Of a stretch of DNA of 64,000 bases, positions 51,871 to 63,324 are shown in pieces; the stretch's first letter is position 1; each line of letters opens with the position of its first letter. Below the pieces are notes generated by a model. That model was not told the DNA's origin, did no database searches, and worked only from the letters and a program-made list of their open reading frames with translations. The position numbers were made by a program, and so were the translations under genes. Source of the stretch: Mobula hypostoma (Eukaryota); assembly GCF_963921235.1 (NCBI RefSeq), contig NC_086108.1, forward strand, positions 22,506,001 to 22,570,000. The letters are read 5' to 3'.

Positions 51871-52137
51871 TCCTCTCTTCCTAGCGTGTCGCACCAGACA
51901 GTCAGCCATTCTTGTCTGGAGAGTAGTGTCAGGATTCGTCTCCTTTCGGACTAACTGAGTCATGGTATGAACGTTCCTGACTCGACCCTTGTTTTTTTCG
52001 AGGCCAAGTGGCTAGCTCAACGCTCAACCCGGTACGGATTGAAAGTGTGCTCGAGGGGTGGCCTGACTTGGATTTGAACTTGGGAGCCTTTGCTCCGAAG
52101 TCCGGCGCTAATGTCACTGCGCCAGCAGCCGGCCACG
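51871..52137 (-). mobile_element. tRNA(Arg-TCG)-headed SINE with 11-bp TSD; tail contains a candidate HDV-like fold
   Basis: TTTGTCCCACT at 51860-51870 and 52138-52148; - strand head ggccggctgctggcgcagtg..gcgccggacTTCGgagc..gttcaaatcc (A and B boxes). Confidence 0.85.
51928..51988 (-). ncRNA. Candidate HDV-like ribozyme (probably CpG-decayed)
   Basis: - strand GGGTC-GA-GTCAGGA-ACG-TTCATAC-CAT-GACTC-AG-TTAGTCCGAAAGGAGA-CGAA-TCCTGAC fits P1/P2/P3/L3/P4/J4-2 order. Confidence 0.5.
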
Positions 52138-52869
52138 TTTGTCCCACTGATACAGGGAAAGGATGGTAGGGTGAAGGAACCATGATTGATAAGAGAGGTG
52201 GCAAAATTTAGTCAAGTGGAAGAAGAAAGTGTACTTAAGATTTAGGAAGTAAAACTAAGAATGGATTCTTGAGAGCTTTGGGTTTGCAGGAAGGAGCTTA
52301 TGAAAGTAGAGCTAGGAGGGGACATGAGAAGGCCTTGGCATGTAGGATTAGGGAAAATCCCATGGAAGGGTGTTTTACATGTACTTGAACAGAAGAATGA
52401 CCAGAGTGGGTGTAGGACTGTTCAGAGATAAAGTAGGAATCGGAATAGGTCGGGGAGGTCCTTAACAAATATTTTGCTTCAATGCTCACCTATGAGATGG
52501 GTCTTGAGGAATGTGAGGTCAGCGTAAAACAGGCTAATCTGCTGGAGCACATTGAGGTTAAGAAAGGCAGTTTTGGAGCTTTTGGAAAATATTAGGATAG
52601 ATAAGTGCTTGGGGCTGGATGGAATATACTCCAGCTTGCTATGGGAAGCAAGGGAGAAGATTGTTAGGGAGTTGGTAATTATCTTTGTATCCCCAGTGGT
52701 CGAAGAGGATTTCTTCATTCAGGAAAGCTAATAGGGATATTTCTGGGAATTATGGACCAGTGAGTGTTATGTTAGTGGAGAGCAAGCTTATAGAGGGTAG
52801 GATTTATGAGCATTTGGAAAATCATAGTCTTATTAGGGATGATCATCTCGGCTTGTTAGGGAAAGTGAG

Positions 52870-55800
52870 GAGGTGATAGACAGGAGCTAAAGAGAGGTAG
52901 TCACCCCCAGGCTACAGCAGACAGATAAATGGGTGACTGTAAAGAGAGGAAGGGGTAATTGTCAGCTAGTGGAGAACCCTGTGGCCAACCCCCTCAACAA
53001 TAACTACTCCATTTAGAGTACTGTTGGGGGTGATGCCTACCTGTGGGAAGCAGCAGTGGCTGTGCCTCTGGGCCCTGTGGCTCAGAAAGGTAGGGAACTG
53101 AAGAGGATGGCAGCAGTAACAGGGGACACTGTAGTAAGGGGGAACAGACAGGCAGTTCTGTGGAGGCATAAAGGAAACGGGGATGGTAGTTTGCCTCCCA
53201 GGTGCCAGGGTCGGCGATGTTTCTGAATTGCTCCACAATATCCTGAAAAGGGAGGGTGAGCAGCCAGAAGTCATGGTACATATTGGTAACTACAAAATAG
53301 GTAGAAAAAGGGAGGAGGTCCTGAAAGTAGCGTACAGGGAGTGAGGAAGGAAATTGAGGTGGAACCTCTCTGGTAGTACCTTTGGGATTGCTGCCTGTGC
53401 CATGTGACAGGGAGGATAGGCATAGAACGAGGTTGCAGGAGTTCGGATTTCTGGATTATTGGGACCTCTTCTGGGCCTGTGACCTGTATAAAAGGGACAG
53501 GTTGCACTTGAATCTGAGGGGCACCAATATCCTTGCGGGCAGGTTTGCTAGAGCTGTTGGGAGTGGTTTAAGCTAATATGGCAGGGGTATAAGAACTAGT
53601 ATGATAGAGCTGAGGGTGAGCCAGCAGGTTTACAAGTAGATGATGGATGTAATATGAATGTAAGGACGGACAAGGCAATGATTGGGTACACATAAAGACA
53701 GTGTAAAGAGTTAAATTGTACAGAGACAACGTTCAAAGGGGCAAAGAATGTAGGACTGAAGATGCTGTATTTAAATGCATGTAGTATTCGGAATAAGGTG
53801 GATGAACTTGTGGCACAATTAGAGATTGGTCGGTATGACGTTGTGGGCATCACTGAGTCGCGACTGGAGAGAGGTCATAGTTGGGAGCTTAACATCAAAG
53901 GATATATTTTGTATTGAAAGGACAGGCAGGAAGGTGTAGGCATTGGTAAGAGGTGAAATTGTCATTTTTAGAAAGAGGTGACATAAGGTCTGAGAATGTT
54001 GAATCTTTGTGGGTGGAGTTAAGAAACTGCCCCTGTTTCAAAACAAAACATTATGGGAATCTTGTATAGGCTTCCAGATAGTAGCCAAGATGTGGGGTTG
54101 AGATTGCAAAGGGAGCTGGAAAACGCATGTAGTAAGGGTAATGTCACAATTGTAATGGGGACTTCAATATGCAAAGGATTGGGAAAATCAGGTTGGTGTT
54201 GGATCACAAGAGAGGGAATTTGGTGAATGCCTACAAGATGGCTTTTTAGAGCAGCTTGTGCTTGAGCTTACTGGGGGAAAGGCTATCCTAGATTGGGTGT
54301 TGTGTAACATTCCAGATTTTATCAGGAAGCTTAAGGTAAAGGAACCCTGAAGAGGCGCAGTAATCATAATATGATTGAATTTGTACTGCAATTTGAGAGG
54401 GAGAAGCATAAGTCACATGTATTAGTATCGCAGTGGAATAAAGGGAGTTACAGTGGTATGAGAGAGGCGCTTGCCCAGGTGGTTTAGAGGGGGATACTGG
54501 TGGGGATGATGGCAGAGCAGAGGTGGCTGAAGTTTCTGGGAATAGTTCACAAGGTAAAGGATAAATATGCCCCACAGAGGAAGATGTTCTCAAATGGCAG
54601 GGGTAGGCAACTGTGGCTGACAAGGGAAGTTGAGGACTGCATAAAAGCCAAGGAAAGAGCATATAATGTAGCAAAGTGAGTGGGAAGTTGGAAAATTGTT
54701 GGATAAGTTTTTAAAATCCAACGAAAGGCAACTAAAAAAGCCATAAGAGAGGAGAAGATGAAATATGAGGGCAAACTAACCAATAATATAAAGCAGGATA
54801 CCAAAAGTTTTTTCAGTTGTATAAAGAGTAAAAGGGAGGCGAGAGTTGATATTGGACCACTGGACAATGATGCTGGTGAGGTAGTAATGGGGGACAAAGA
54901 AATCACGGATGAACTTAATAAGTACGTTGCATCAGTCTTCGCTGTGGAAGACACTAGCAGTGTGCTAGAGGTCCGTGAGTATTTGGGAGCAGGAGTGAGT
55001 GCCATTGTTATTACAAAGAAAAATGTGCTAGGCAAACTGGAAGGCCTTAAGGTGGTAAGTCACCTGGACCAGATGAACTATATCCCAAAATCCTGAGAGA
55101 GGTTGCTAGAGAGATAACGGATGCATTGATCATGATCTTTCAAGAATCACTTGATTCTGACATGGTCCCGGAGGACTGAGCCCTTTTTTTGGTTGGCTGC
55201 CAGTAACTAGTGTTCCTCAGGGGTCAGTGTTAGGATTGCTACTTTTCATATTGTTTATCAGTGATTTAGGTAATGGAATTGATGGCTTTGTGGCAAAGTT
55301 TGCGGATGATATGAAGATAGTTGGAAGGGTAGGTGTGCTGAGGACGCATTGCGATTGCAGAAGGACTTGGACAAATTGGAAGAATGGGCAAAGTAGTGGC
55401 AGATGTTGGGAAATGTATGATAGTGCATTTTGGTAAAAGGAGCAGTAGTGCAGACTATTACCTAAATGGGGAGAAAATTCAAACATCAGAGGTGCAAAGG
55501 GAATTAGGAGTCCTTGTGTAAGACTCCCAGAAGGTTAATTCACAGATTGAGTCTGTGGTAACAAAGGCAAGTGCCATGTTGACATTTATTTCAAAGGAAA
55601 TAGAATATAAAACCAAGGAGATAATGCTGAGGCTTTGTAACACACTAGTCAGGCTCACCTGCCGTATTGTCAACAGTTTTGGGCCCCATATCTCAGAAAG
55701 GATGTGTTGTCATTGGAGACGGTCCAGAGGAGATTCATGAGGATGATTCTGGGAATGAAGGGGTTAAGATGTGAGGAGTGTTTGGCAGGTTTGTACCTGT

Positions 55801-56198
55801 ACTCACTAGAATTTCGAAGAATGTGTGGGGATCTTATTGAAACCTGCCATATGTTCAAAGGACTAGATAAGGTGGATGTGGAGAGGATATTTCTTATCAT
55901 GGGGATGTCCAGAATTAGAAGGCACAGGGCGACCTTTTAGAACAGAGTAAAGGAGGAATTTTTTTAGCTAGAGAGTAATGAACCTGGATTGCTTTGCCAC
56001 AGACAGCTGTGCATGCCAAGACCATGAGTATAATTAAAGTGAAAATTCATAGCTTCCTGATTGGTCGGAGCATCAGGTGATGTAGTGAGAGAGCAGGTGT
56101 ATGGGGTTGAGTGGGATTTGGGATCAGCCATGATGATATGGCAGAGCAGACTCAATGGGCTGAATGGCTTAATTCTGCTCCTATGTCTTATGGTCTGA
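52870..56198 (+). mobile_element. CR1 LINE, long decayed copy (ORF1 esterase and ORF2 with internal deletion)
   Basis: MVVCLPGARV, LYKRDRLHLN, LYLNACSIRNK, KFADDMK; CR1 3' end at ~56170-56198. Confidence 0.85.
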
Positions 56199-56683
56199 TT
56201 GACCTTTGCAGGAAGTGAATAAGCAAAGGGAATGTAGAATTAATGGGTGTGGCTTTTAGTAAAGTGTTTGACAAAGTTCCTTGAGGAAGTTATGAAACAT
56301 GGGATCCATGGAAACTTGACTGCATGGATTTGGAAGTGGCTTGCCACGGGGGCAGAGGCTGGAGGATCAATGACCAGTGGTGTTCTGCAGGGATCTGTTC
56401 TGAGACTCCTGCTCTTTGATTTTTATGATTGACTTGGATGAGGAAATAGAAGGACAGGTTAGTAATTTTGCAGATAACAGGAAGTTTAGTGGTGTCGAGG
56501 ATAGTGTAGATGATTGTCATAATTTACTTTCTAACACAGGATGCAGTGCTGGACTGAGAAATGGCAGTGGTAATCCAGAAAAGTGTGATATTGGTGCAAT
56601 TTGGAAGATTGAACTTGAAAGCAGAGTACAAGGTTAATAGTAGAATCCTTAGCAGTGTTGAAGACTGGGGATCTTGGGGCGAC

Positions 56684-59600
56684 TATAAGATATAGGAGCA
56701 GAAGCAGGCCATTCGGCCCATCGAGTCTGTTCCGCTATTCAATCATGGGCTGATCCAATTCTTCCAGTCATCCCCACTCCCCTGCCTTCACCCTATACCC
56801 TGGCTAATCAAGAACCTGTCTATCTCTGCCTTAAATACACCCAGTGACTTGGCCTCCACAGCTGCTCGTGGCAATAAATTCCACAGATTTACCACCCTCT
56901 GACTAAAGTAATTTCTCTGCATCTCAGTTCTAAAAGGACGTCCTTCAATCCTGAAGTCATGCCCTCTTGTCCTCGAATCCCTTACCATGGGAAATGGGAA
57001 ATAACTTTGCCATATCTAACCTGTTCAGGCCTTCTAACATTTGGAATGTTTCTATGAGATTCCCCCCCCCTCCCCCCCCCGGCCATTCTCCTATTCTCCT
57101 GAACTCCAGGGAATACAGCCCAAGAGCTGCCAGACGTTCCTTATACAGTAACCCCTTTGATTCCTGGAATCATTCTTGTGAGTCTTCTCTGAACCCTCTC
57201 CAATGTCAGTATATCCTTTCTAAAATAAGGAGCCCAAGACTGCACACAATACTCCATGTGGTCTCATGAGTGCCTTATAGAGCCTCAACATCATATCCCT
57301 GCTGTAATATTCTATACCTCTAGAAGTGAATGCCAACTTTGCGTTTGGCTTCCTCACAACCGCGCCGGCTGGTGGTGTAATGGCATCAGCGCCGGACTTT
57401 AGAGCAAAGGCTCCCGAGTTTGAATCCAGCCAGCTCCCTTGCACGCTTTCCATCCGTGCTGGGTTGAGTGTCGACCTACAACTGGGCCTTGTATAAATAA
57501 GAAAGCCTGCTTAAAAAAAAAGCCGTCATGACGACGTTCCAATGACTCCACTTGGGAGGGCTTTCTTCTTCACAACCGACTCGACCTGGAGGTTAACCTT
57601 TAGGGTACCTTGCACAAGGGCTCCCAAGTCCCTCGGCATCTCTGCATTTTGAATTTTTGAATTCTTTCCCCATCTAAATAATAGTCTGCCTGTTTATTTC
57701 TTCCCCCAAAGTGCATGACCATATACTTTCCAACACTATATTTCATTTGCCACTTCTTTGCCCATTTCCCTACACTGTCTGTCTGCAGGCTTTCTGTTTC
57801 CTCAACACTACCCGCTCCTTCACCTATCTTTGTATCATCGGCAAATTAAGCCACAAATCCATTAATACCATAGTCCAAATCATTGACATACATTGTAAAA
57901 AGCAACAGTCCCAACACCGACCCCTGTGGAACTCCACTGGTAACTGGCAGCCAGCCAGAATAGGATCCCTTTATTCCCACTCTGTTTCTGTCAACCAGCC
58001 AATGCTCCACCCACGCTAGTAATTCCATGGGCTTTTATCTTGCTAAGCAGCCTCATGTGCAGCACCTTGTCAAAGGCGTTCTGATAATCCAAGTACTCCA
58101 CGTCTTTTGGATCTCCATTGTCTACCCTGCTTGTAATTTCCTCAAAGAATTGCAGTAGGTTTGTCAGGCAGGATTTTCCTTTCAGGAAACCATGCTGGCT
58201 TTGGCCTATCTTGTCATGTGCCTCCAGGTACTCCGTAATCTCATCCCTAACAATTGATTCCAACAGCTTACCAACCACTGATGTCAGGCTAATAGGTCTA
58301 TAGTTTCCTTTCTGCTGCCTCCCACCCTTCTTAAATAGCGGAGTAATATTTGCAATTTTCCAGTCATCTGGTATAATGCCAGAATCTATCAATTCTTGAA
58401 AGATCATCATTAATGCCTCCGCAATCTCTCCAACTACTTCCTTCAGAACCCGAGGATGCATTCTTTGATATTAGTCACCAGTTTCCTCTTCATAATTCAT
58501 CTTTTCCTTCTGAATGACCTTCCGCAAGTTTTTAAAAGCTTTCCAATCCTCATCTTCCCACTAGCTCTGGCTTCCTTGTATGCCCTTTCATTTGCTTTAA
58601 TTTGGCTCTGATTTCACTTGTCAGCCACGGTAGTGTCCTTCTTCCCTTTGAAAATTTGTTCTTATTTGGGAATATATCTGTCTTGCACTTTCCTCATTTT
58701 TCATAGAAACTCTGCTGTCCTTCCTGCAAATGTCCGTTTCCAGTCATTTTCGGCCAATTCCCCTCTCATGTCATTGTAATTTCTTTTATTCCACTGAAGT
58801 GCAGACACATTGGATTTTATTTTTTCCCTCTCAAATTTCAATGTGAACTCGATCATATTGTGATCACTGATCCCTAAGGGTTCCTTAACCTTAAGCTCTC
58901 TTATCACCTCCTGATCATTGCACAACACCCAATCCAGCACAGCTGATCCCCTAGTGGGCTCAACAACAAGCTGTTCTGAAAAACCATCCCTTAGACATTC
59001 TATGAATTCTCTCTCGAGGTCCAGTACTGACCTGGTTTTCCCAATCCACTTTTATGTTGAAATCCCCAATGATCATCATGACATTGCTCTTCTGACACGC
59101 CTGTAATTTGTAATCTACATCCCAACTGCTATTTGGAGGCCTGTATACAACTGCCATTAAGGTCCTTTTACCCTTGCCATTTCTTAACTCAATCCAATCC
59201 TGTGTCATCTCTTTCCAATGATTTAATATTATTTCTTATACACCACCCCCTCTGCCATCTAACCTATCTTTCCAATATACCGTATATCCTTGGATGTTCA
59301 GCTCCCAATTGCAGCCATCCTTTCGCCAAGTTTCAGAGATGGCCACAACATCATATTTGCCAATCTGTAGCTGAATTTCAAGATCGTCCATTTTATTCCT
59401 TGTGCTGCGTGCATTCAAATACAACACTCTCAGTCCAGTATTTGTTGCCTTCTATTTTAACTGCATCATGCCTCTATTGCCCTGTAACTCATGCCACTGC
59501 CTTTGATTAAGCCTCACCTCCTGCCTTTTCTTTCTGTAATCTCTGTTGCACACTATCTTTGATTTATTTCTGTTTTTCCCTTCCTCAGCCCTATCACTCT

Positions 59601-60237
59601 GGTTTCCATCCCCCTGCCAAATTAATTTAAACCCTCCCTAACAGCTCTATTAAATGTGCCCACTATGATACTGGACCCCTTTGGGTTAAGGTGTAACCCG
59701 TCCTTTTTGTACAGGTCATACCTCCCCCAGAAGAAGCCCCAGTGATCCAGGAATCGGAATCCCTGCCCCCTACATCAGTCCCTCAACCACACCTTAATAC
59801 ACCTGATCATGCTATTCTTGCACTCGCTAGCACATGGCACAGGCAGCAATCCTGAGATTGCTACCTTTTAGTTTCCTACCTAACTTCCTGAATTCTCTCT
59901 TCAGGACCTCCTCCCTTTTTCTACTTATGTCATTGGTACCAACGCTGTTCACCCTCTCCCTTCAGAATACTCCGCACCTGATCTGAGACATCCCGTACCG
60001 TGGCATCTGGGAGGCAACACAGCATGCAGGTATCTCTGTCAGGCTGACAGAACCTCCTGTCTGTTCCCCTCACTATGGAATCCCCTATGACTACAGCATT
60101 CCTCATCTTCCTCTTTCCCTTCTGCACTACGGAACCAGGCTCGGTGCCAGAGACCCAATTGCCTTAGTTGTCCTCTGTCAGGTCATCCCCCTCAAGGGTA
60201 TCCAAAACAAGATGACGATTACTGAGGGGGATGGTGA
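56684..60237 (-). mobile_element. CR1 LINE, long decayed copy in opposite orientation
   Basis: AVVIGDSIVRG, MLYLNARSTRNK, NYRPISLTSVVGKLLE, VTSGVPQGSVLG; (CTTAT) tail complement at 56684-56695. Confidence 0.88.
57363..57564 (+). mobile_element. tRNA-headed SINE (same head/core as 51871-52137, different tail) with ~14-bp TSD
   Basis: cttcctcacaaccg (57349-57362) / cttcttcacaaccg (57565-57578); A box tggtgtaatgg, B box gtttgaatcc. Confidence 0.85.
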
Positions 60238-61344
60238 AGGTCCATCGTTCTCTCAAGTTAGCTGCCCAATTGATCGGGTTGTTAAAAAGGCATATCGTGT
60301 TTGTGTCTTCATTAGTTGGGGGATTGTGTTCAAGAGCTGAGAGTTAATATTGCAGCTCTATAAAACCCTGCCTAGATCACGCTTGGAGAATTGTGTTGGG
60401 TTCTGGTCACTCATTATAGGAATGATAAGGAAGCTTTAGAGTGGTGCAGAGGTGATCTACCAGGATGCTGCATGGATTAGACAGTGTGTATTATCAGGAA
60501 AGGTTGAGCAAGCTAAGGCTTTTTTTCTTTGGAGTGAAGGAGGATGAGAGGCAACTTGGTAGAGGTGTATAAGATTATAAGAGGCATAGATAGAGTAGGC
60601 AGCCGGTGTTATTTTTTTCCCCATAGTGGCAATGGCCAATACCGGAGAGCATCGTTTTAGGGTGTGTGAAGGAAAGTTTAGGGGAGATGTCAGAAGTAGG
60701 TTTTTAACACACAGATAGGTTGGTGTGTGGAACGTGGTGCCAGGGGTGATGGTAAAGGCTGATACATTAGGAACATTTAAGAGACTCTATAATAGGCATA
60801 GGGATGGAAAAAAAATGGAAGGTTATTGGCTATGTAGGAGAGAAGGGCTAGATTGACTGTAGGGTAAGTTAAAAGGTTGGCACAATATCATGGGCCAGAG
60901 GACCCACACTGTGTTGTACTGTTGCATCCTGTCTGGGTCTATTATAAAAATGACTGTCTTCTACACTATTCACAACACCACCGAACTTTGTGTCATCTGC
61001 AAACTTACTGGGGAGAATGAATAGTACCATTTGTATTCAAGTTTCAGTAATAGTTCAAGCAACATCTTTAGATTGCCTCCAGGATTGTTTGGTTAGTAGT
61101 TTATGGATTAGTTCAATTTCTTTTTGTCTTCCATTTTACTTGAGTCTTGTAACAATAGCCAAATAAATCATTGGTGGTTTACTTAGTTTGTGGACCCTTG
61201 CACGCAAGTTGAATTCTTATCTCTGCTACTGAAGTGCTTTTTCTGTCTAAGGTGAATAATAAATCATCTTTCATATCTTCAGTATATCCCAAAGATATTA
61301 CCCCTGGTCTCTCTTCATGCAGCAATATTTGGTGGTAAGTTTGT

Positions 61345-61545
61345 TTGTTATGTGTCATGTCATATGGCATGGGCGATCATGGTCTTTCCATGACCATGAT
61401 TGTTCTTGGCGAATTTTTCTACAGAAGTCGTTTGCCATTGTCGTCTTCTGGGCAGTGTCTTTACAAGACTGGTGACTCCAGCCATTATCAGTACTCTTCA
61501 GAGATTGCCTGCCTGGCGTCCGTAGTCGCATAACTAGGACTTGTG
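61345..61545 (-). mobile_element. RTE/BovB-related SINE 3' half, cut by the L1 insertion
   Basis: Reverse complement of ~34710-34905. Confidence 0.7.
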
Positions 61546-61702
61546 GAGAGACTTCCGGTAGCGCTCATGGAGTGAAGTCGCGTTCTTGACTCGCTCCATT
61601 ACCTCTGAGTTTTTTCTCTCTATGGTCAGCTATACTTTAATTAACTATTAAGGCATCAATTTTTACAATACTTTGAATTAAACTGAATTCTCTGACAATT
61701 GG

Positions 61703-62602
61703 ATGATACTGAGATCGGCTATGTCTAAGAACGGGAAAGACGGCAAGGATGGTAAACCTCCGGTTAAACCGAAAGCTACGGATCTCCCTCCGACTGAATC
61801 ACCGGTGACTTTGAAAGCGATATCGGAGTTAATTCAGAGGGAAATTTCAACCTCTGTTAGGGAGATGATTCGTACAGAAATTATGGGCTTTGTTAAAGAC
61901 CTGATTCATACGGAAATCTCAACTAAGTTCCAGAAAATTGCCGATTTAATTGATAAGATGCAAACATGTATTGCGGAACATCAGTCGGCTATATCTGATC
62001 TTCAAAAATCCGCGCAACAAAGTGAGCTTAAGATGGGGAAAGTCGAAGAAACAATTAATGTAATGAAGAAGAAACTTGACTTTTTGACTTTTAAAAACTC
62101 TGACTTGGAATCTAGAATGCGACGGCAGAATTTACGAATGATTGGCGTCAGGGAAGCCGTGGAAGCTAACAACCCTATGAAATATTTCTCCCAACTTTTA
62201 AAAGATGCATTCCCTACTGTATTTCCTGACCAACCACCGCTACTGGATCGTGTTCACAGAATCCCATCATACTCGTCTAGGTCAGATAGACCTAGGCATG
62301 TTATCTTACGTTTTCATTATTTTCAAGACAAGGAGAGACTGTTTCGATTCGCTCGATCTAAAGGTTTCATTGATTTTTCGGATCTTAAGTTCCGATTCGT
62401 GGAAGATTTCAGTAAACCAATCTGGGACCAACGGGTCCGTTACAGATCCGTGATGTCGGAATTCTATAAGATGGATTTAAGACCAGCGCTGCTGTACCCT
62501 GCACGTCTAAGGATTCGCATGTTAGATGGAGCCCTTCGTTTTTTTGATTCTCCATCGGATGCCCAGAGTTATCTGGATCAACTTTCATCTTCAACATCTT
62601 AA
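61703..62602 (+). CDS. L1 ORF1p (coiled coil, RRM, CTD; Transposase_22-like); alternative start at 61721
   Basis: DLESRMRRQNLRMIGVRE, LDRVHRI, RPRHVILRFH, LLYPARLRI motifs; uninterrupted 299 aa. Confidence 0.9.
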   Translation: MILRSAMSKNGKDGKDGKPPVKPKATDLPPTESPVTLKAISELIQREISTSVREMIRTEIMGFVKDLIHTEISTKFQKIADLIDKMQTCIAEHQSAISDLQKSAQQSELKMGKVEETINVMKKKLDFLTFKNSDLESRMRRQNLRMIGVREAVEANNPMKYFSQLLKDAFPTVFPDQPPLLDRVHRIPSYSSRSDRPRHVILRFHYFQDKERLFRFARSKGFIDFSDLKFRFVEDFSKPIWDQRVRYRSVMSEFYKMDLRPALLYPARLRIRMLDGALRFFDSPSDAQSYLDQLSSSTS

Positions 62603-63324
62603 TTGCCTTTTTTTAATTTTCTCCGTTGATCGGAGGCTGTGAATTGGTTGGTTTTAACTTTTCTATGCCCTATTTGGGCAGAAAAGTTTACTTTCGATTT
62701 CTTAATATGGCTGCTAAACTTTCTTTTTAACTGCGTCATTTCTTTCTTTTCCCAGGGGATTCTGGGTGGTTACTTCCCTTTTGTCATCTTACGTATTTCC
62801 TGTGCGGCCTTAAATTTTGTAGTTTTTTTTTTAATTTTATTCTGTTTTGCTTTTTATAATCATTTTATGTTAATAATCCTATTTTTTTTTGTTGCTGTGT
62901 CTATTCATGAGTTTGAGGTTTATTGTGGTTTTTTTTTAATATATACTTTCCGGCTTTTGTTCTGTTCTGTGTGTATTTTAATTGAGCTAACTTTTTTTTA
63001 CTTATTTTTTTACTGTTTTACAATTAGCTGACCCTTTTCATATTTATACCTTTTTTTTAGGGAGCGTATACCGGAAGTCATGGGGGTAGTTTTAGCGCTT
63101 GCTTCTTTCTGGCGGGTCTGCTTTAGATTTCGCCTTGGGGTCTTGGGGTGGGGGGTGGTGGGAGGGGCTTCACGTTTTAGTTTGTTTCTTTTTGGGCTAT
63201 ATACATTATTGAAGTATTGGTTGCGTCCTTTTCCCCGGTATCTTTTGTATGTTCTGTTTCCTCTCCGGGTTTGTGGGTCGCGCCTATTGTCAATCCTCCT
63301 TGTTATGGGTTGACTTTAGGATTT

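Larger units (their letters stand above)
51455..60925 (+). mobile_element. Old CR1 copy fragmented by later insertions (pieces ~51455-52870, 56200-56683, 60238-60925)
   Basis: Colinear CR1 ORF2 remnants (ILDLVLVSEPGQV; GNYGPVS; TSGVLQGSVL; ctctataaaaccctg..ttctggtcac) on each side of the inserts. Confidence 0.6.

Noticed and set aside
57363..57430. Possible functional tRNA genes at the SINE heads (also 52060-52137)
   Set aside because: No proper acceptor stem, altered anticodon arm, and continuous with SINE bodies flanked by TSDs
62639..63313. Hydrophobic Phe-rich ORFs between L1 ORF1 and ORF2
   Set aside because: A consequence of the T-rich spacer composition; no evidence for a membrane protein
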